From sequence record MK817115.1: a DNA stretch of 64,000 nucleotides. One strand, written 5' to 3'. The notes beneath the pieces are model-generated. The model saw only the letters and a list, made by a program, of their open reading frames with translations. It was not told the origin of the DNA and did not search any database. This document shows positions 1 to 13,510 of this stretch, piece after piece; position 1 is the first letter of the stretch; every line of letters starts with the position of its first letter. Both the position numbers and the translations under genes were made by a program.

Positions 1-37
1 CTTTTAGGTGTGCACGAATTTCAGCTAGAGATTTCAT
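1..37 (-). CDS. N-terminus of probable gp32-like single-stranded DNA-binding protein (partial, runs off left end)
   Basis: ATG at 37-35 with AAGGAAG upstream reads MKSLAEIRAHLK, matching the MxSLAEIRA start I recall for gp32-like SSBs of this phage group; preceded by two promoters. Only 12 codons visible. Confidence 0.6.
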   Translation of the reverse strand, partial: MKSLAEIRAHLK

Positions 38-124
38 ATATATCTTCCTTGATTTTGGGTTTCTTTGTTATTTGTTAATTGGCTTCAATGTTTCAGAAAC
101 TTCATTGTTCCTTCAACGTTTTAC

Positions 125-152
125 ATTATAGCACAGGTTTTTATACTGTCCC
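125..152 (-). promoter_or_regulatory. GGGACA-N16-TATAAT promoter (putative middle class)
   Basis: Minus strand GGGACA gtataaaaacctgtgc TATAAT upstream of the SSB-like ORF. Confidence 0.75.
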
Positions 153-164
153 ATATTTTTTTAA

Positions 165-5422
<5,258 letters not shown>

Positions 5423-5431
5423 TCATTGATA

Positions 5432-5459
5432 ATTATAGCACATCTTGAATCACTTTCCC
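5432..5459 (-). promoter_or_regulatory. Variant middle-class promoter GGGAAA-N16-TATAAT
   Basis: Minus strand GGGAAA gtgattcaagatgtgc TATAAT; same spacing and GTGC extension as the GRGACA class. Confidence 0.55.
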
Positions 5460-5465
5460 AGATTT

Positions 5466-5537
5466 GATAAATAATATCATAGAAATTCATTAAATATCTC
5501 AGTAAATTTAAATGCTAGTGATATTTTTTGATAAATA
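5466..5537 (+). promoter_or_regulatory. Two late promoter boxes GATAAATA (5466-5473, 5530-5537)
   Basis: Both precede the 199/229-aa paralogue pair. Confidence 0.6.
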
Positions 5538-5583
5538 ACTTTAAGCAGGATATACCTGCACAAAATTTGACAAGGAGATTTTC

Positions 5584-6183
5584 ATGAGTCTTAATTCTTT
5601 TAACCGTAACTATGGTATGTCTAGCGTTGCTCGCGAATGGTGGGGTGGTAATAACGGTTTCGTTACCATCGTAATCGATCTACCAACTGATGTTGAACTA
5701 GGTACTACCAAAGTTACTTCTGACGGTTCTGATGTTCAAGCTGAAGCGTATCAAACTGCTCTAAGTAATGCTCAATATAACCTATTCATGGTTACCCAAC
5801 TACTACAACAACGTGCAGTTCTAGTTACTACCTCTCTACTAGCTCTTGATTCAGAAGTTGTTATTCCTGCTGATTTCAAAAATGCTAATCCAAACGTAGT
5901 TGCGTTCGGCACTAGTGGTGCTGATGTAGCAGGTGGTGCTAATTCTGTTGCATTGACTTTCATCTGTGAACGTCAAGACGTATTTAACAAGCAAGAAGTT
6001 CGTCCTGGTTCAGCATGTCCTGCTCCAGTTGATCCAACTGTTGACCTAGCTAAGTCTATCGCTCAAGCTAAAGTTTTCCGTACCAAAACTTTCGTAAGTC
6101 AAGGTACTGATGGTGTTGGTGATGCAGGTGCATCTACTGCTGTAGCAATTAAAGTACGTGCTGCTCTTCCTGTTCAACTATAA
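5584..6183 (+). CDS. Probable abundant virion protein, paralogue 1 (199 aa)
   Basis: AAGGAG RBS, late boxes upstream, codon bias like the major capsid gene; shares QQRAV and TF-x-x-ER-x-x-VFNK motifs with the next ORF. Confidence 0.8.
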   Translation: MSLNSFNRNYGMSSVAREWWGGNNGFVTIVIDLPTDVELGTTKVTSDGSDVQAEAYQTALSNAQYNLFMVTQLLQQRAVLVTTSLLALDSEVVIPADFKNANPNVVAFGTSGADVAGGANSVALTFICERQDVFNKQEVRPGSACPAPVDPTVDLAKSIAQAKVFRTKTFVSQGTDGVGDAGASTAVAIKVRAALPVQL

Positions 6184-6197
6184 TAGGAGGATAGATT

Positions 6198-6887
6198 ATG
6201 TCATATACTAATACTTCTTTTGAACGTATCAATGGTTATTCCTTTGAACGTATTCTAGGTTACTTTTGTGGCACTAACGCCCTAGCATCCATTGCTATCA
6301 GTAAGCTAGGAGACGTAAACGTTCTAGTTACTGGTGCAGTTTCTTCTTATGCTGGTCTACAACGTTTTCTAAACACTGATATTCCAGAAGAAATTCTAGC
6401 ATATCTAAATGATAAAGGTATCAAACGTATTGATGGAACTGCATTTGTTCTTGGCACACTAGAAGCTGATTACAATGCATCTTATGCAGCACAAACTAAC
6501 GTTAAACGTATTGTCGATGTTGTTCAACAACGTGCGGTTATCATCGCTACCTCTAACATCGCAGGTAATGGTCTTGAAGTATTTCCAGTTACTGGTTTCA
6601 CCAACGCACCTGATGGTGTATTGAGTGCAGGTTCAGTTAGTATTGCTGATGCTTCTGTTGTTACCTTCCTAGTTGAACGTGCGGGTGTCTTTAACAAAGA
6701 TCTTAAATCACCACAAGGTGTACCAAGTACTGAATCCGAAGAAGGCCGTCTACTAATTGATGATCTAACTGGTGTTCCACTACTTGCTAAAGATGGTGTT
6801 ACCGAAGTTTACCTACGTTCCCAATCTGCTGATGCAGCAGGTGATTTCGGTGTTAAACTTTTCCAATACATCCCAGCATTGGTTTAA
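6198..6887 (+). CDS. Probable abundant virion protein, paralogue 2 (229 aa)
   Basis: AGGAGG RBS; VQQRAVIIATS and VTFLVERAGVFNK match paralogue 1 (LQQRAVLVTTS, LTFICERQDVFNK). Confidence 0.8.
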   Translation: MSYTNTSFERINGYSFERILGYFCGTNALASIAISKLGDVNVLVTGAVSSYAGLQRFLNTDIPEEILAYLNDKGIKRIDGTAFVLGTLEADYNASYAAQTNVKRIVDVVQQRAVIIATSNIAGNGLEVFPVTGFTNAPDGVLSAGSVSIADASVVTFLVERAGVFNKDLKSPQGVPSTESEEGRLLIDDLTGVPLLAKDGVTEVYLRSQSADAAGDFGVKLFQYIPALV

Positions 6888-6895
6888 TATTTTTC

Positions 6896-6929
6896 AAAAG
6901 AAAAGGAGAGCATTTGCTCTCCTTTTTTT
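6896..6929. terminator. Bidirectional intrinsic terminator
   Basis: A-run, GGAGAGC-attt-GCTCTCC, T-run, at a convergent gene junction. Confidence 0.85.
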
Positions 6930-6934
6930 ATATG

Positions 6935-7660
6935 TTATCTATATGAACGAAATCCTTCAGGCAAACCAGGTAGCTTGTCTAATCCTTCGTTCGCACTCAC
7001 CAGCTTTGTGTCGTAATCATCACTGAAATCATCCGTAGCAAGTTTACGCCCCAAGTCTCTCACAAAGTTATCGATAATTTCTTCTTCATCATTTCCTGGA
7101 TGACCTTCAGCTTTCAACTTTTTCCAGAAATATTCATTATAGTCAAATACAAACTCAACTTCATTAGTTTCAGGATCAAGAACAACATCCAAATCAATCC
7201 AAGGTTCTTTACGAAGTGTGTATATTTCCTTAGAATATTCACTTTGTGTGATTTCATCGTAACGATATGCAAATTCAATAGCCTTAAGCCTTTTTTCATC
7301 ACCTTCTGGCATTAACTCAATGATTTCCATATCATATTCTTTTTCTGTAATAACTCCAATACTTAGTTTTGCATCAAGAACTTTAACATCATACTGTTCA
7401 CGAGTAATTTTAGAATATTTTAGTTCAACATCAAGTGCAGCAATTAGATATTCCAAATCTCCAATTACGCTATATTTCTTTTTAATATCCAATTGGGCCA
7501 CTTCAACTTCATATGGAGTTAGATATGTCAATTCAGCAACTTTCATATCAGCTTCATAATCATCATTGTAGTAGTATGCTTTAGCTATCTCTTTTGCCTT
7601 TCCAGAAAGTCCCCAGTGAGCAGGGACCATCCAAAATGGAATAAATTTCTTTTTAGCCAT
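6935..7660 (-). CDS. Hypothetical protein (~241 aa)
   Basis: Intact ORF; ATG at 7660 (MAKKKF) overlaps the groES stop, suggesting translational coupling. Confidence 0.8.
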   Translation of the reverse strand: MAKKKFIPFWMVPAHWGLSGKAKEIAKAYYYNDDYEADMKVAELTYLTPYEVEVAQLDIKKKYSVIGDLEYLIAALDVELKYSKITREQYDVKVLDAKLSIGVITEKEYDMEIIELMPEGDEKRLKAIEFAYRYDEITQSEYSKEIYTLRKEPWIDLDVVLDPETNEVEFVFDYNEYFWKKLKAEGHPGNDEEEIIDNFVRDLGRKLATDDFSDDYDTKLVSANEGLDKLPGLPEGFRSYR

Positions 7661-7952
7661 TTTTCTTACCAAAAATCTCTTCGATTTTCATTACATAATA
7701 TGTATCTTCACCGCCACCAAGATCTTCAGTCAGTGGTGTGTTCAAAGATGAACGACCAAACACAACCATATCACCTTCTTTAATATTATGTTCTGCAAGT
7801 TGTCCGTTCGGAAGAATTTTACCTGGACCAACGGAAATTACCATCCCAATACATGGTGGTTCAACATTACCTAGAATAATACCACCAGTACTTTTATTCT
7901 GTGCTTCAATTTGTCGAACAAGAACGTAATCATTAATCATTTTAATTTTCAT
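7653..7952 (-). CDS. groES: GroES-like co-chaperonin
   Basis: MKIKMINDYVLVRQ...KSTGGIILG...GMVISVGPGK...IKEGDMVVFG is a Cpn10 signature. Start placed at 7952. Confidence 0.9.
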   Translation of the reverse strand: MKIKMINDYVLVRQIEAQNKSTGGIILGNVEPPCIGMVISVGPGKILPNGQLAEHNIKEGDMVVFGRSSLNTPLTEDLGGGEDTYYVMKIEEIFGKKNG

Positions 7953-7953
7953 A

Positions 7954-8160
7954 TCAGTAACCTCCAGTATTTGCAAACCATTTTCCACGGAAATAAAGAT
8001 TAGCACCCTTATCACCTGGAGTGAACACTTCCAACTTCATAGTTTTTTCACCATTACATTTAGGACAATCATGAGGTTCATCACGATTTGCAATTTTAAC
8101 AATTTTTTCCATGCTATGTTTGCATTCTTCTTTTTCACAACGATATGTATATAATGGCAT
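7954..8160 (-). CDS. FmdB-type zinc-ribbon protein
   Basis: MPLYTYRC-x4-C...CPKC pattern. Confidence 0.8.
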   Translation of the reverse strand: MPLYTYRCEKEECKHSMEKIVKIANRDEPHDCPKCNGEKTMKLEVFTPGDKGANLYFRGKWFANTGGY

Positions 8161-8216
8161 TTTGTATTCCTTTACTTTTTAAATCAAACTAATTTGGGGA
8201 ACATAGTGTTCCCCGT

Positions 8217-8224
8217 TATTTATA
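8217..8224 (-). promoter_or_regulatory. Late promoter TATAAATA
   Basis: Exact T4 late consensus upstream of the Zn-ribbon/groES operon; followed by hairpin 8196-8214. Confidence 0.7.
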
Positions 8225-8956
8225 TTAGCAGCCTGTTACGTAAAATTTGTATACTGCAATTCCAGTATCTAGTGTTACATTTAGCATACCAGTTTTAGTA
8301 ATACCAAGTGATACTGATTCGGCATTAGATACGCGAGATAATGCTTGAAGTACGCGATCAATATTATAACCAAAACCAAGACCTAATTCACCTTCAGTTT
8401 TAGAAAAAGCTAGAGAACCAACGTGGTTACTTTTGTTTTTCTCACCAACGTGAAAGTATAGGGTGTCGCCTTCAGTATACGGAGTTACAAGAGAACTAAA
8501 AGATTTAAATACACCAGAAAAACTCTTTAGTTCCTGAACTTTTGCTGCACTAGGAATAACCTGTACGTCATATGGTTGTTCATGAAAACGTGGTTGAACT
8601 GGAATAAGTTTTTCAGCTTGTACCATAAATGTAGTGCTTGCATCTTCAGATTTAAATGCCAGACTTTTAACTGAACCATCTTTAACATTTGATGTGATTG
8701 TGGTTCCTTCGGTACTGTATGTTTTTAGAGACATTAGACCCTGAAGAAGACCTAGATTACCTAAGCCAAAACGACCCTGAACTTCAGGAACATCTTCTTT
8801 AGTATATGCTCGCATTACAAGAGTTCGGTCATCTGTGTACGCTTCTAGATATACACGTTGTCCTTCACCACGGTCTTCACTGCTTACTGCAATACAAGAG
8901 AAGTCAATACCACTGGTTGTGTTTACGAGGTCACGTAGTACGTTGCGTAGATCCAT
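8225..8956 (-). CDS. Probable sliding clamp (gp45-like)
   Basis: 243 aa, clamp-sized, near the DNA polymerase; GRFGLGNLGLL resembles clamp-annotated proteins I recall from this group. Not confirmed by profile search. Confidence 0.55.
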   Translation of the reverse strand: MDLRNVLRDLVNTTSGIDFSCIAVSSEDRGEGQRVYLEAYTDDRTLVMRAYTKEDVPEVQGRFGLGNLGLLQGLMSLKTYSTEGTTITSNVKDGSVKSLAFKSEDASTTFMVQAEKLIPVQPRFHEQPYDVQVIPSAAKVQELKSFSGVFKSFSSLVTPYTEGDTLYFHVGEKNKSNHVGSLAFSKTEGELGLGFGYNIDRVLQALSRVSNAESVSLGITKTGMLNVTLDTGIAVYKFYVTGC

Positions 8957-9020
8957 TATATAATTCTCCGTTTTATTTGTTAATCAAAAAATGTTTTTAT
9001 GTAAGATTACTACAAGCACC

Positions 9021-9048
9021 ATTATATCTCAAAAATGATGCTTGTCTC
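9021..9048 (-). promoter_or_regulatory. GAGACA-N16-TATAAT promoter
   Basis: Minus strand GAGACA agcatcatttttgaga TATAAT upstream of the clamp-like gene. Confidence 0.7.
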
Positions 9049-9057
9049 AATTTTTTA

Positions 9058-9357
9058 TCAGTATTTTGTATTCCAACGTTGAAGATAAGGCTTATCAATT
9101 GTAGAACTCATGCCAATTTTATCTCGTAATTTTTTCAAGTCTTTTAATGTATGTACATCATCGACAAAAACAACTTTACGCTTTTTCACAAGAGTGTAAA
9201 CATCAGCAATCTCTCCGTCAACTTCCACTGAACCAGTGCGAGTAAAACCCGCACCAATTAGAACTACTTCTTCATCATTATCATATGCTAGTACAGAATT
9301 AATGATACCATTACCTTCTAATACTTCACCAATACGCTTATATATATTACTCATCAT
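9058..9357 (-). CDS. Hypothetical protein (99 aa)
   Basis: Intact ORF in the polymerase operon, overlapped by the upstream small ORF. Confidence 0.7.
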   Translation of the reverse strand: MMSNIYKRIGEVLEGNGIINSVLAYDNDEEVVLIGAGFTRTGSVEVDGEIADVYTLVKKRKVVFVDDVHTLKDLKKLRDKIGMSSTIDKPYLQRWNTKY

Positions 9358-9496
9358 TTTTACCTTGTAATGAAGTCCATTCTACATATTTTTCCCATGC
9401 CTCATTTACACTTTCTTCAGTAAGATTCAACATCTCATTAGTGAAAGTATCGTTTACTTCGTCATAGTTTAGTTCAATTTCATTTACAATAACCAT
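9347..9496 (-). CDS. Small acidic hypothetical protein (49 aa), not in the ORF track
   Basis: TAAGGAG RBS, ATG at 9496; MVIVNEIELNYDEVNDTFTNEMLNLTEESVNEAWEKYVEWTSLQGKNDE; fills the gap after pol. Confidence 0.7.
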   Translation of the reverse strand: MVIVNEIELNYDEVNDTFTNEMLNLTEESVNEAWEKYVEWTSLQGKNDE

Positions 9497-9507
9497 ATTA
9501 TTACTCC

Positions 9508-12500
9508 TTACCAAGTGAAGAATCCATTGTTTACTGACGCAGTACTTTTTTCATGAATACCAATATCCATATCCAAAATACCAAAAATATTCTCTAATTT
9601 TTTAGTTAGAACAATCTCTTCCATTTTTTCAGTATCAAATGGTAGTTCCAAGAACCATTCTGGAAGATACTCAACACAGTCAATTGGATAACCAACAGCT
9701 TTAATTCCCATAGGATTATCTTTTAAGTTACAGACAATTACTTTTGTTCCATCCGTTACTTCTGGTACAGATTTATCATCATAAACTTCACGTAGACGGT
9801 TCCATTGGATACCAGCAAGAACGTGACCAACTTTACACTTACCAGTTAGCTGATATTCAGCCTCTAAATTAGTGTAGTTTTTTACAGTTTTTGGTGAACC
9901 TTTTTCATGTACAGGCATATCCTTAAATACGTCCTTAAACTCACGTACACGCTGTTTTAGCTGTTGTTCACTCTCACCTACCAGTAATGCGATTAGAGTC
10001 TCTTCTAGGAAGTTCTGGATGTATTTTGGCGTGTCTGAGCGTTTAATTTCAAGACCCATCGCTTTGATTTCACCTGGTTTACCATCAATATCTTTACGGA
10101 ACCCATCTTCCCAGTACTTCAGAATTGCATAACGTTTTTTCTTCAAGAATAGGCCACGCGAACCAACCATCTCAAGGTCTGCACCAACAATCTTACCTTT
10201 TTCAATACCAGTGTTGAACATCTCATGCATAAATGATGGGAAAGATTCACCAACTTCTTCACCAATTTTAATATACATATCAACAATCTCTTCTTTAGAT
10301 AGATTATATGGAATACCTTGTTCTTTCAGATAATGAGTTACACTAAAGTAAACTGAGTCAGTATCACCATAAATTACTGAACCACCTTGGTGGTTATATA
10401 CACCAGTAGTAATTTCATTGATACGACTTGCCATATGTTTGGTCATAGAACGTCCAGTTAATGTTACGGATTGACCTAAACGTTTGTCAAAAAAACGAGA
10501 ACCTTTGTTCAATAGTGCACCATATAGACTGTTTAGAAGAATCTTACGAATCTGTTGGTTCTGTTTCCAGAAAGCACTACGTTGTTTGAAGTAATCTTTT
10601 TCTTCTTTAGGACAGAAAATACGACCATCTTTTAGTACTAATCCGTTTTCTACAATCAACTTAGCAACTTCATCCCACTGTCCTTTACCAATTTCTTTAC
10701 GAAGTAAGTATACAGGATCATTATCATGAATATTAGTTCTAAACATTGTACCAGGGGTATAGTTTGATAGTAGTGGTTCAACTTTTTCATAGCCATTAAA
10801 CTCCCAACCATCAGTATACATATGTTTGTAGTCAATGACCATTTTTTGCTGTGCTTTACGTTCAGAATACCATTGAGTTAGAATGTCAGGAATTACACCA
10901 GACTTAGACTTATCAAAAAGTGTTCCGTTTGCACTAAGTACAATAGTACTATCTTCTGCAAAAATAATATCATATAGCTCTTTGCCCGTTGCTTTAAAAG
11001 AACTCCCATCTTCTAAATCAACAATCAATGTTTCTTCTGACTTTTCATGAACCATTGTAAATTCAACAGCAGCAAATAAACCATGCCATGCCGCAGTCCA
11101 ATCTGGTTCAAATGATTTAGATTTAGATTTGTTCTTCTGTTCTTGGATTTTAGCTGCAAGATACGCATCGGTGTAATCTTGACGTAATTGACCAAGAATA
11201 CATTCAGTACTCATACCCAAAGTACGTAGAACAGTAGGGTAAAGAGAGTTAAAGTCAGTACACCCAAGGTCACTTACAAGTCCTAGTACTGGATCTTGTA
11301 CCCATGCACCTGCTGCTTTTGCACTAATTTTCTCATCTTCATCTTCACCATCTTCACCATAATATTCCATTTCTGGATCAAACTCAAGATCATCTTTCGG
11401 TGCTTTGTTGAAAACAACTTCACCACGAGTATGTGCTAAGTTGATAATAGCAGTGTCGATTAGTGCTACTGAACCCATTGTTGTACTGATAAGTACACAT
11501 TCTTTGTGTGCAAGTCGATTGTGTAGGTTGATATAGTCACATTTAGCATCAATCTTTTTAAGAAGAATACTATCCTGTTTAGAATAACGCAAGAAAGTAA
11601 TGTAATCCTCTCTGTAAAGTTTATCCAATGAACCTTCATAGGATACTTTATTTTCTTTAGTTACTTTTTCAGCAATATAATCTAGTTTATAAGATTGTTC
11701 AACTTGACCAGCATGTTTCTTATACAAAGCCAAATAATCAAGATGGACGCGACCTACCAGATCATATGTTTGAACAGTTTTACCAAAGTTGTCTGCTTCA
11801 CGTGAATTTGGTTTTTTATTCCATAAACACCAACGAGCAGTTGTTGCTTCATTGAAGATTTTTTTAGTTCGATTGATCATATATGGAATATCAAAGAATT
11901 CACTATTCCATCCTGAAATAACATCAGAATCATCAATTAAACTAAAGAATTCCATAAACATTTCCTTTTCGTCTGTATATAAAATTACAGTACTGTTAGG
12001 ATCGTTTGTTTCTTCATTTAGTTGGCGAACAATATCTTGTGCTTCATAAATTTCCATATCAGCAGGTGGTAAAGTAAGTACATAATCCTTTCCAGTCCAT
12101 GATTGATATAGAGAAATAGCGGTTACTCGGTTAAACGGGTCTGATGGTGGAGCATAACCAAATTTCTTATGGAAATCAGTCTCGATATCGAAGAACACGA
12201 TGTTCAAATCGGGTGAACCTTTTCCCATATATTCTTTAGCTAATGTTTTAAATGTAATGTTACAGTCACTTTCAAAAATACGTAGACCTTCACTTTTGTG
12301 TTGCTCTACACTTTTATTCATTTGAGCTTGAGTTTGAAACTCAAAATGTTTAGCCATTGTACCATAAACAGTTTTATGTGTTCCTTGTGGGGATTCAACA
12401 TAATATTCATATACTGGATCTAATTCGCGTAGAATACGTTTACCATTCTTACGTTCAACTACATGAAGAATATCACCAGTACGTTTACGTTCCATATAAG

Positions 12501-12513
12501 CATCGATATACAT
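9508..12513 (-). CDS. gp43: Family B DNA polymerase (gp43-like)
   Basis: Exo motifs DIETD, GWNSEFFD, YSKQD; polymerase motifs DFNSLYP, KILLNSLYG, YGDTDS. Confidence 0.97.
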   Translation of the reverse strand: MYIDAYMERKRTGDILHVVERKNGKRILRELDPVYEYYVESPQGTHKTVYGTMAKHFEFQTQAQMNKSVEQHKSEGLRIFESDCNITFKTLAKEYMGKGSPDLNIVFFDIETDFHKKFGYAPPSDPFNRVTAISLYQSWTGKDYVLTLPPADMEIYEAQDIVRQLNEETNDPNSTVILYTDEKEMFMEFFSLIDDSDVISGWNSEFFDIPYMINRTKKIFNEATTARWCLWNKKPNSREADNFGKTVQTYDLVGRVHLDYLALYKKHAGQVEQSYKLDYIAEKVTKENKVSYEGSLDKLYREDYITFLRYSKQDSILLKKIDAKCDYINLHNRLAHKECVLISTTMGSVALIDTAIINLAHTRGEVVFNKAPKDDLEFDPEMEYYGEDGEDEDEKISAKAAGAWVQDPVLGLVSDLGCTDFNSLYPTVLRTLGMSTECILGQLRQDYTDAYLAAKIQEQKNKSKSKSFEPDWTAAWHGLFAAVEFTMVHEKSEETLIVDLEDGSSFKATGKELYDIIFAEDSTIVLSANGTLFDKSKSGVIPDILTQWYSERKAQQKMVIDYKHMYTDGWEFNGYEKVEPLLSNYTPGTMFRTNIHDNDPVYLLRKEIGKGQWDEVAKLIVENGLVLKDGRIFCPKEEKDYFKQRSAFWKQNQQIRKILLNSLYGALLNKGSRFFDKRLGQSVTLTGRSMTKHMASRINEITTGVYNHQGGSVIYGDTDSVYFSVTHYLKEQGIPYNLSKEEIVDMYIKIGEEVGESFPSFMHEMFNTGIEKGKIVGADLEMVGSRGLFLKKKRYAILKYWEDGFRKDIDGKPGEIKAMGLEIKRSDTPKYIQNFLEETLIALLVGESEQQLKQRVREFKDVFKDMPVHEKGSPKTVKNYTNLEAEYQLTGKCKVGHVLAGIQWNRLREVYDDKSVPEVTDGTKVIVCNLKDNPMGIKAVGYPIDCVEYLPEWFLELPFDTEKMEEIVLTKKLENIFGILDMDIGIHEKSTASVNNGFFTW

Positions 12514-12542
12514 CGTTTGTATTCCCTTACGTTTATTAAGTT

Positions 12543-12570
12543 AAAAAGAAAGCCTCCGTCATTGGAGGCT
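12543..12570 (-). terminator. Intrinsic terminator between dsbA-like gene and DNA polymerase
   Basis: AGCCTCC-aatgac-GGAGGCT then TTCTTTTT on the minus strand. Confidence 0.65.
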
Positions 12571-12592
12571 ATTTAATATATTTTAGTACTAA

Positions 12593-12895
12593 TTAGTAAT
12601 CATCTGCTTGTGGAAGATTATTAGTAACACTAAGAATAGTTTCGATATTATCGAGTTTATTTTGTTTGTCAAAGTAATCACCTTTGTACATACGTTGTGC
12701 AGCTTGTTTGATATCAGATGCATCGATACCAAGTTCATCAGAAACACTAGAAACAAAATCAGATAAGGATGCTTTGGTATCATCAATGAAAGTTAGTTGT
12801 ACAACAATGTTGTTAAGTGCGTCACCGAGACGTTTACGTTGTTCATCGTTTAGATCACGAATTTCAACTTTAACTTCTTTTTTAGATTTAGCCAT
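12593..12895 (-). CDS. T4 DsbA-like dsDNA-binding protein
   Basis: ELGIDASDIKQAAQRMYKGD resembles T4 DsbA ELGVDGKMFNRLLALYHKD. Start at 12895 behind GGAG. Confidence 0.55.
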   Translation of the reverse strand: MAKSKKEVKVEIRDLNDEQRKRLGDALNNIVVQLTFIDDTKASLSDFVSSVSDELGIDASDIKQAAQRMYKGDYFDKQNKLDNIETILSVTNNLPQADDY

Positions 12896-12958
12896 TTTGT
12901 ATTTCTCCATGTGTGTTTTCAAAAAATGTCACCTCACCACAATCGGTGAGATGACTTA

Positions 12959-12986
12959 ATTGTATCACGTCTTTACGTGTTGTCTC
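12959..12986 (-). promoter_or_regulatory. GAGACA-N16-TACAAT promoter
   Basis: Minus strand GAGACA acacgtaaagacgtga TACAAT. Confidence 0.7.
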
Positions 12987-13500
12987 ATTTTTTTTCCGGT
13001 TTAACTGGAAATGAAAATGTTTTCTTGATCATGTCTGCTGGTTTGATTGAATTCAATTGCGTTACATAATCTTTCAATTTTACAAACAATACAGCTTCTT
13101 CATCAGTTGCTAACTCAAGATCCATAGCAGTTTTTAAGTGTCCAAGTTCTTGAATTGCAATGTATTTCAAATTAGATAATTCATTTTTTAGGCGTTCAAT
13201 TTTTTCTTCTTTAGTTTCAATATAGTCATGAATAGTATTTCCATCGTAAACCATACCATAAAGTTTGTTAATATCACCATCATATTCAATTTCAGAAACA
13301 CTAAAACCTAAAGGTACTAGATCATAAATGTTATATGATGCTGAAACAATTAAACCGTTAATATCATACATAAATTTTGCTTTATTAATGTCAAACAATT
13401 CACGAGATTCATACCAATCCATACCTTCATCGGACATCATATACAAAGAATTAGGATTACCACCTTCTTTTTCATACATCTTAAAATTTGTTAGTTGCAT
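12985..13500 (-). CDS. Tail fibre assembly chaperone (Tfa-like)
   Basis: LYMMSDEGMDWYE...YDINGLIVSAS...LVPLGFSVSEI is typical of Tfa; follows the fibre gene. Start at 13500 behind AAGGA. Confidence 0.8.
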   Translation of the reverse strand: MQLTNFKMYEKEGGNPNSLYMMSDEGMDWYESRELFDINKAKFMYDINGLIVSASYNIYDLVPLGFSVSEIEYDGDINKLYGMVYDGNTIHDYIETKEEKIERLKNELSNLKYIAIQELGHLKTAMDLELATDEEAVLFVKLKDYVTQLNSIKPADMIKKTFSFPVKPEKK

Positions 13501-13510
13501 TACACATTCC

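Noticed and set aside
10560-10860. Extra ~70-90 aa between polymerase motifs A and B as a possible intein
   Set aside because: No Cys/Ser start with His-Asn end and no endonuclease motifs; T4-like polymerases have variable finger lengths.
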